Source of the DNA: Chrysomallon squamiferum
Lineage: Eukaryota; Animalia; Mollusca
Direction: 5' to 3'
Assembly (NCBI GenBank): GCA_012295275.1
Contig: CM022670.1
Span: forward strand, 36,580,001-36,644,000
DNA: 64,000 nucleotides
Of the stretch, positions 55,346 to 64,000 are shown piece after piece; position 1 is the first letter of the stretch; each line of letters begins with the position of its first letter. The notes under the pieces are model-generated. The model did not search any database and was not told the DNA's origin. It worked only from the letters and a program-made list of their open reading frames with translations. The translations under genes and the position numbers were made by a program.

Positions 55346-55437
55346 TATATAAGCCAATCAAATCAGTTTCTTATTTCTTTAAGATATGGGAAATCCATGA
55401 GATGATTGCGATCAGGAAATGATTGCGACAGGTAAGA
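55346..55437 (+). promoter_or_regulatory. Candidate core promoter and non-coding first exon of paralogue D (TATATAAG 55346; donor CAG|GTAAGA at 55432)
   Basis: Positionally homologous donors occur upstream of paralogue B (AAA|GTAAGT ~36676) and paralogue C (AAG|GTATAT ~46836). Acceptor-like sites lie shortly before each start codon (~37604, ~48052, 59411). Confidence 0.4.
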
Positions 55438-56589
55438 TATTATCAAAATATTTAAAATAAACAACAAAAACACAACAGCACTTCATATGCCTCACAAAAA
55501 AATTATTTATTTTCACCTGCATTTTAATCCGTTTTTTTGTTTTTTTGTTTTTTTGCTGGCTAAATACATTAGGACATAATATATAAAGTTTCTATGTAAA
55601 ATGGCATGTGACCTTATATAATCATCTATCTATATATCTATATATTTCCTGCTTATTTTACTTACACAACGAACAGCCTTTACATTTTAAAGCAATTTTA
55701 CCTTAGATTTACATATATTTTTAACGTGGAAAAAACCGTATAACGGGCATTTTTATTTATTGGGGTTCTTTAAAAATAATTTGATCGGTGCATGGGTGGT
55801 TACTCTTTGGAGTCGGAATGTGTGTCGTGTTTAACAACTGTAAGTAGTAACTCGTGTTCAGCGTTTTGCTAAGGGTCAAACAATCAGTCTTCTTAGGTGC
55901 GTTATATAGTTAGTTATTTTTGTTGATAAAATCTTAATAGCTGCATCGTTTATAAATAGTAACATTGTTTATTTATTTATTTACTTTGTTTATTAATTAT
56001 TTATTTTATTGACAATTCTATTAACTAACAAGAATAGAAGTAATTATTTATTTATTTATTTATTTATTCATTTTTATATTAATTTCGGTAATACCGTAAT
56101 CACATTGCTTTATTTATTTATTATTTATTTATTTATTTACTGACTTATTTACCTACTTATTTACTTAGTTTATTATTTACAACCATTTTGCCAAGAAATC
56201 TAGTGTTGTAATTTAATTATTTTAATTTTTTTTTTTTAAATTATAATACTTTGCTGAAATAAAGTGTGTGTGTGTTAAAACACAAATTACAGGGTGGCCC
56301 AGAAAAAGTTTCCCTGAGTCCAATCATTCGGAAACCGAGCCTTTTTTCTTCACATTCTTTTCCTTCTGTATTACAATGACCTTTCTGAACCTTGTCACAC
56401 TTTGAGGAGCACAATCGGCAAACACTAGAGAGTGACCCAATAAAAGTGTCCCAAACCTGGATAAACTATTAGAAACGGAACGTTTTTATGGGGAGAAAGG
56501 CATCAAAAGCTAAAACAAGACAAAGATAAAACTTCAAAGTGATTAATTTAGTTACGTTGTATTCTTGATAAGTCTACAATGTATCTACT

Positions 56590-57850
56590 GTTTCAGAGGT
56601 GATTATGGTCATTTAAATAAGGCCATGATCTCTCATCCAAGGAAGGTTCCAGATCATTTTGCAGAGCAAGGCATATTCAGCGTCATCTCTCGCAACACGA
56701 GCAAGGTCCATGCAGATTACTTTGCGGAGAGTGTCTTCCCTAATGCTTCATATCTTTCCACACGTCTAGATAAACTATGGTGCTCTTTTATCCTTGGCAT
56801 TACTTGGGAAGAGTAGGGTATCCATTTCAAACCTCCTTTCTCTCTGTGTGGCTTATCTACCTGAACACATTGGTCGATCTCTACCAACGCCATTTCTGGC
56901 CTTAGCTAGTGTTGTTGGATAGACCCGATGATGTTGCAACTTGCCAAACATTTATCTTTCTTTCTTTTACCTGTGATTGTGGCCACCCCACTGTACTTAC
57001 CAAAGCACTGTAGTGCGGATTCCAGTGCCGAATTTAAATTTCAAAGAATTTGCCTGCTTTATAAATGTTCTTGAAGGTTTACCAAAATTGTCCTTGTCTT
57101 AGGTTCAAGTTGTATTGGCGTCTTTTTCACTTGAACATTGTCTAACTCTCACCGGAACGAACGATTAGCTTTTGGTCAGTCGTGGCACCTGCTTGGCCAT
57201 GCGGTAGGAACTTTGACTTTCGGGCTCCATTCTGACGGTTATTGCATATGTCTAATAATCGCCGCACATAACAAGCCTCTAGACGTCTAGTCATTAAATC
57301 AACAAGCTGGATCACACTATACACTTTTGTTCAATCCAGAATTTGATCCTTGAGCATTGTCGTGATAGACTGAGCAAAGTTATTAGTGTCATTTTTTCTT
57401 ATCCGACCCCTCAGATCGAGTCCAAGTGTTTCGTCACACTTTCATACTTCGGCAGTTTTTCATTTCCTTGAATAAATTGTACATATTTAGCATCAAGTGT
57501 TTCTGTTGTTTCTGCATATACCATCACCATCCCCTTGAGTAGAGAGAGAAGCACAGGTCTGTGTTCATTACGGACAACATTTTTAGAATCCCATAGAAAA
57601 AGCCAGGAGGCTTGCAAAATGTGAAAGGCGCACACAAGTAAAGTAATATCTGGGTAAACATTCTGTGTGCCTGTCTTTCTGAGGCGCTATCGTCTGCCAA
57701 GAACACTGCTGGGCCTAAAGCTGCCCCTCTACCGAAATTGGAGGTTCACAACTCAAGTGCTTCAGTGATTGTCCTTCACTTTCACTGAGACATGTTTCTG
57801 CCAAAAGGCATCGGCGGCTATGCTGGAATTATTGAGATTGTGGTCTAGAA
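56590..57850 (-). mobile_element. Decayed Mutator-like (MULE/SWIM-type) transposase fragment
   Basis: Frameshifted peptides FLADDSASERQA, LC.FHILQASWLFLWDSK, TNNFAQS...LKDQI and YSVIQLVDLMTRRLEACYVRRLLDICNNR match the MULE DDE-domain pattern seen in invertebrate MULE/SWIM elements. Boundaries are approximate. Confidence 0.7.
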
Positions 57851-58156
57851 TAACAACAGCTGTTTATCAGGTACATAACAGAAATTAAATCACCTGGGTA
57901 AATAAAAATGACGTAAAAGTAAACCTGGATATTTATCTTTTCTGCAAACACCAATTCACTGATAACATGTTATCTGTCACTGTTTTAGGTTTTAGTAACT
58001 CGTGTATTTAGTAATCTGTAACGTCATCTACAGCAGAGCCGGTTACTAACTTTGTTAGTTAATTGTTTTTATTATTACCAATTCTATTAAATACCAACAA
58101 CAGAAGTAATTATATATTTAGTAATTATTATTATTATTACTATTATTATGTTTATG

Positions 58157-58191
<35 letters not shown>

Positions 58192-58301
58192 GTTTATTTA
58201 TTTATTTATTTATTTATTTATATATTTTTTTTTATTTCTTCTTATTATTTTTTTACTATCATAACAACAGTACCACTGAATAAAATACCTGGCTGCCATT
58301 G

Positions 58302-58452
58302 TTCATGACGTTATCATACATAGTGTTGACGATTTGCACAAGATAAACATAAGTGCATGCAAATGCACCGGCACTACAATAAAAGTAACTAACTAGCTAA
58401 ACAAACAAACAAACAAACAAATAAATAATGTTACTGTTGCAGCTATTAAATT
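58302..58452 (-). repeat. ~150-bp inverted repeat of 60777-60919
   Basis: gttcatgacgttatcatacatagtgttgac...aatgttactgttgcagctattaaa is the reverse complement of tttaatagctgcaacagtaacatt...gtcaacactatgtatgataacgtcatgaa. Confidence 0.9.
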
Positions 58453-59482
58453 TACATTTTAGTACTGTCGTAATCATATTACATCATATTATTTATTTAT
58501 TTATTTACTTAGTTATTTATGAGTTAATTGTTTACAAAAATATATTGTAACCATTTTGCCATCAAGTATATATTTAAAAATAAATAAAAAAATAAAACGT
58601 TTATGCTGAAATAAAGTGTGTGTGTTTATGTGTGCGCGTTAAAATGAAATAATTAATAATTACAAAAACAAAACAAGAAGAAGAATAATAATTTTCAACA
58701 TTCATTCAATGCATGTATATTCAAATATATAAACATTAAACGACACAAAATTTGTTTTCCTACGAACGTTTTAACATTCGTGTATGTGCATTTAAAGCTT
58801 GCCAAGTTATGAATATTGTAATTAAGCAGAGCATTGTTTTAAAGATGGACGAACAATTCATCATTGATTGTGCTTGTTCTCCCATCAAATAAAGTTATTT
58901 TAGCGCTAGGTATTAAATTAATTCAAGGATCTAATATCAAGTGACATATTTCTACATGCTTGTATACATTCAACACAAAGATGGGTATTGATACAACCCC
59001 GACTTTGGCCACGCTTTTGCAGTTCTATTTTTCATACAGCAATAAAAATCAGAAGCAAGCTTGAATCGAAAGCGCGCTAGAAGTTACACACCGCTGATCC
59101 TGTGTATAAAAAATATAAGCAGAAGTGTTAGCGTGTGGTGTGTAGATTTATCTCTTCCGGCAAATTACTTTACGGGTATCACTTTCCTTTAACGTGTGTC
59201 CGATTGGCTACTCCTCCGTCACTTGCCCCGTCTTTTATCTTTATAGGGGAATGATTTACAACTCAATTTAATTTAATTTCTGTTATGTTTCAGTTATTAT
59301 TATCATATTCATAATCGTCGTCCTCATAATTTTTATAACTATTATCATAATAGAAAATCATCATTGACATTATTGATTAAAATAACATTTGATTTGCTAT
59401 TTTTATAACAGGAAAAAGCTTGATAAATAAGCAAGTTTTCAGTTTGTTTCACTGATAAATACCATTACTACGGCATGTTATA

Positions 59483-62400
59483 ATGCCTCGAAGATCATTT
59501 CGCAAAAAGAAAAGTAAAAAAGACAATTGTGAAGACGACCAAAGCATTAGTGAATCATCTCACAAAACAAAAAATAAACTTGAAAATTACCATGAGGCAG
59601 TCCAGCTAGTTCCCACTTTGCAGAGTGAAAACAGAAAACTGAGATTGGAATTAGAATACCTAAAACATGCAGCCAGTCCCAGTCAAACAAACCTACCAAC
59701 AATTGTTTCCGGACCGACGCAGGAAACACGGCGTTCTTTCACTCAAAGCCAAGTCACAACAGAAATACAACGAGACGTCCATGAGAACTGCAATCTTCGT
59801 TTGCAAGAACAACAAGCGACAATAAGAGATCTGTCTGCCAGACTGAAAGAAACTGAAGACAAACTCAGAAAGAAGGATGCTGCAGATCAGATTCTGTACG
59901 ACGCCGGGCACAGTTTGGTTTCAACTATGGAAAACAGATTCGAGAACATGTTATTTGATACATTAGAGAGACTCGGGAAAAAAATTGATGAGAGTCTGAA
60001 AGAAAAACTAGATTATGCAATGAAGATATTGACACAACAACTCAAAGCGGCAGAAGAGTCCCATGAAAGGAAACAGTACAGTGATCTATTGATGGAAGTA
60101 AGTAAAAGTGTAATGATTTTGTTTTATTATTATTGTTTTTTTTGTTATTGTCATGCGCGTGTCTGGTGCATTTGTAAGTATCTGCATCAAAATAACTTAA
60201 AGAGTACATTTGATGGTACGAATAAATGGTCTAAAAATACTTTATGCTTGAAAGTTATTATTTTTGACGACCTGTTGTAGCTCGAAACAAAAACTGACAA
60301 CAAAATAATACTGTGCCAATTATTAGAATAGCGTCAAATCGAAAATTTACTGTATAATTTTTACTACAGAAACAAAGAGAAAAATTATTAATAAGTCATA
60401 TATTTTCTACTGACAAAGGTTGCTGACAAATTTTGTTTTCGTTTATATAATGGAAACTATTCATTTCATTTAGATGTTTTGCACCGTGGATGAGTTCAAG
60501 AAGAGGTATTTAGATGTTCTCGAGAAAGTAGAAGTACATTTTGCTAGAGACAGGATAGGGAATGACAGAATGAAAGAAATAGAAATGATGAAGCAACAAT
60601 GCAAAACACTGGAACAAGTCTTAGCAAGAGAAGTGAAATCTCACAGTCACCTTTGGATGAGAGTAAGTAAAAATATAATAATTGTCAATTTTTTGACTAC
60701 TTTTATTTTCTACCAACAAATCAAATACAACGTTAATAGCAGTACTTATTTAGTTAGTTATTATTATCGCTTTTAATTTTAATAGCTGCAACAGTAACAT
60801 TATTTATTTGTTTGTTCGTTTAGTTAGTCAGTTACTTTTATTGTAGTGCCGGTGCATTTGCATGCACTTATGTTTATCTTGTTAAGATCGGTCAACACTA
60901 TGTATGATAACGTCATGAATCTTGTATTCTCGGTTTTGTTATTAATAATAAATATTCAGAAACGGAAACCGTAATCAATAGTATGTAAATCGTTGGAGAA
61001 TGAAATGAAATAATTTAGTTATCTGCTGAAGTACAAATATTATATTTTTTATCTGTTAATATGTTTTTCCTCGGTAATATGTATATGCGTATGTATGTGC
61101 TTCTCTGATTCTGTCTCAATAAGCTCATAAAGTAACACAAATACAGTAGCATCTCGATTTAACAGACTCACAGATTTGAAGTGTTGTCCACTGTTGCCGA
61201 AACACTTTAAGTCATAAACGTTTAAAAAGGATAATATTTTAATGTTATAGTTCTATAAGTTTATTCTTTTCAATTTTATATGCTCACTATTTTTAATGTA
61301 AAATTTAATACTTTATTTTTCTTTTTGTTTTTTTTGTAAAAGGTCCTTTGCCATAATCAATAGTGATGTTTTATAGAAATGATATACAGTTAGGATCACT
61401 AAACAATTACACGATGAAAGCCTGTACGTGAAATAAATTAGGGACGACACAAAGAAAAAGTTTACTTTAGAACTAATGGAATTAGTATATGCTAAAAATG
61501 AAGTCAGTTGACTTGTTGACTTTTAAACCAATAATTTACTGTATGATGTTACTACAGCAGTAAATAAAGAGAAAAATCTGGAATCAAATATCAGTAATAA
61601 AGCATTTATTTTCAATCGAAGAAAGCTAGTGGGAGGTTTCCTTTATACAACGGAAAATATTAATTTCATTTGTTCAAATTTAATTTCAGGTACACGAAAT
61701 TAATATATCTTCTGTTTTGAACAAACAAGACGAATGTGCTAGATTAGTACGTAGTTTGCTGGCATCAACAGAAACTACTAGCAGCAAGTTAACAGAACTG
61801 CTGACTTTGGCAAAGGAGGAAAGTAAACGATCAAATGAGAATCGGAACTATCTGCCTGCACATATTTTAGGATTTGCATATCGAATTGAAAAAAAGTTCG
61901 GTATGTTTAGAATCAGTTACGAAACCAAACGTTTCCATTTCAAAAAAATAAATAAATAAAAAATAAATAAATGTGTGTTACAACTAAACAAATAATAATC
62001 AGCAGTAATGGAATCAAAAGCCATACAGTAATGATAACAACACTATAGATTATTATTACCTTTTCATTTTGATATGTTGCTACATCGTTTCTCTGTATTT
62101 GATATAATTTATATTTATTAATTTGTTTATTGGGTGCTATAAACTCTGTTGCTGTTTGTTCTATTTTTTTTTTTTTTCTTTCTTGGTACTTGTCGTTGTT
62201 GTTTATTTATAATTTTTTCTTTGTTTTAATTAATTATTCACGTGCTTTTCCAGACGACAAAGATAAAGTCATGAAGTTTGGTTTAGCTCTAGGCTTAAAC
62301 AGCTGTACAGTGCAGAAAATAGTTAATGAAGAAAATGGAAAAGTTTTCTGGGAGGTGCTATACGAATGGAACAAAACGTCAGTCCATCGCTGATTTGATT

Positions 62401-62535
62401 TCCGCTTGTCAAAGATTATCTATCTGTCCATTCTATGGTAAGACTTGTTTATTATTTGTTGCTAGTTTGTCTAATTACTTTCTTTTTTCTTGTGTTATTT
62501 AACATAAATCTGATTATTATTATTATAATTATTAC

Positions 62536-62589
<54 letters not shown>

Positions 62590-63437
62590 CTTTTTTTTTT
62601 CTTTTTTTGCAAAGATGGTTTAATGCCTCCTGATCACAGCACAGCTATTGAAAAGGCATACAGCAGACTTGCAAAGGACATATTTGTAGAATATGTAGTG
62701 ATATACCTGCGTGACAAAGCTGTGTTGTCACTTTGTGATGTTGATTACATTCTCAGTCCAGAGACAAGAATAGAAAAGTTTCGACGTCTCGTCGACACCC
62801 TTCCTCTGTTTGGAGAGAAAGCTTTCGACTGCTTGGTGGAAGCTTTGACCAAATCAGGTCAAAATCATCTTGCTAACATACTGTCAGGTAAGATTATGCA
62901 TATTTTTGTTATTATTATTACTTTTTTCTTTTTATTCTGAAAGGGAATCATGATCTGGTCCACGAGAAGAAAAAAAAAAAAAAAAAAAAAATGAAATTAT
63001 ACATAACTTTTGAGATGACAGAAGCTTCGTTACGACAAAATAACAACAACATAATATTGAGTGGCAAAAATGTAAGAGGAAATTGTCATATATGATTTAT
63101 TTAATTTATTTAATTTTATTATTATTATTTTGTTGAGTTTTTCTTCTTTCACTTACTAAGTTAAATTTTTATTTTTGTTTATTTTTTCTCTGTATGTGTG
63201 TTTGTGTGCGAAAACACTTTTTTCTTCTTTTTTTCTGTATTTTCTTAAGATGAACTAAACAAACTGACTCCTGTTTCGGACACACTAAGCAGGGAAGAAT
63301 ATGAGCAACAACTGGAAAGTGAAATACAAAGAACTAAGACCGATTTTGACCTAAGTTCCTTTATTCTTATGTTATTATTCCTCTTGTCACTATTTATTTT
63401 CTATAAAATCCGATATATTAATACTGAATTTGTTTAA
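59483..63437 (+). CDS. CARD-family gene paralogue D: exons 59483-60097, 60474-60662, 61690-61900, [62242-62437 disabled], 62615-62887 (CARD), 63250-63437 (TM); ~491 aa if the disabled exon is skipped
   Basis: GT/AG junctions with phases 0,0,1,1. 615+189+211+273+188=1476 nt is open. The tail reads LSSFILMLLFLLSLFIFYKIRYINTEFV*. Confidence 0.7.
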
Positions 63438-64000
63438 AGGTTAATGGGCAGTGATCAATTATTCATGTTTAACAGTTTTCAAATTATGGCTGACTACTAA
63501 AAAAAAGATGTTTTTATAGTGTTTTACTAATATGGAATTTTTTATAGATTTGTTTTATTATTATTTATAAAGTATCTTGTATCGTTAAAGTTTTTGTCTA
63601 AAACAATGCTCCTTAATGAGATAATTGAAACTAGATACGTAATATTAAAATGATTAAAAATGAGTCATCGGTGAATTACATTTTGTGACAAAGATTCAAA
63701 ATCAGTGAAGAGAGGTTGAACTTAAAGAGAAAATTTGACTTATGATGGCTTACAAAGATGAATTTTATAATAAATGTATTTTAACTTGTTGTATAGGTGT
63801 TTCAGTTAATCAGAATGCAATGTATTTTTTATAATTATTATTTTTTTCTGAAATGAGAATAAAGAATCAAAAACATGAAATGCCATATAAAAAAGTTTAT
63901 TTCTGAAAACAGTGTATTATGTAAAAGATGCATTTAAAAATGTTAATACAACTATATAATAACATCTGAATATTATAAAAGATACAAAGACTAGCCAAAT
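60735..64000 (+). repeat. Near-identical copy of 24689-27977 (offset ~36 kb)
   Basis: ORFs 25669 and 61717 are identical. Introns and flanks differ only by scattered substitutions and small indels. Confidence 0.95.

Noticed and set aside
56289-56460. Tc1/mariner-like terminus TACAGGGTGGCCCAGAAAA (similar words near 56427 and 43671)
   Set aside because: No matching inverted partner was found in the window, so no element can be delimited.

Overview
This is AT-rich, intron-containing eukaryotic DNA (invertebrate animal, probably a lophotrochozoan; taxon inferred only), split by a 200-N gap at 24489-24688. Left of the gap is a tandem array of four HtrL/YibB-family putative glycosyltransferase genes with type-II membrane topology. 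They alternate intact-pseudogene-intact-pseudogene, and the ~2.2-kb spacer segment between them flips orientation from copy to copy. Right of the gap is a tandem array of four paralogous multi-exon genes, whose spliced product I reconstruct by hand as coiled-coil / Death-domain-like / CARD / C-terminal membrane anchor. The paralogues differ in modules: one is full-length, two have an inactivated Death-like exon that can be skipped in frame, and one lacks the anchor and has lost an acceptor downstream of a probable solo LTR. Interspersed are two disabled copies of an M6/proteolipid-protein gene, a decayed DIRS-type reverse transcriptase and a decayed MULE/SWIM-type transposase. All exon models come from manual reading of GT/AG sites and phases. 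Domain names rest on recognised motifs, not on database searches.
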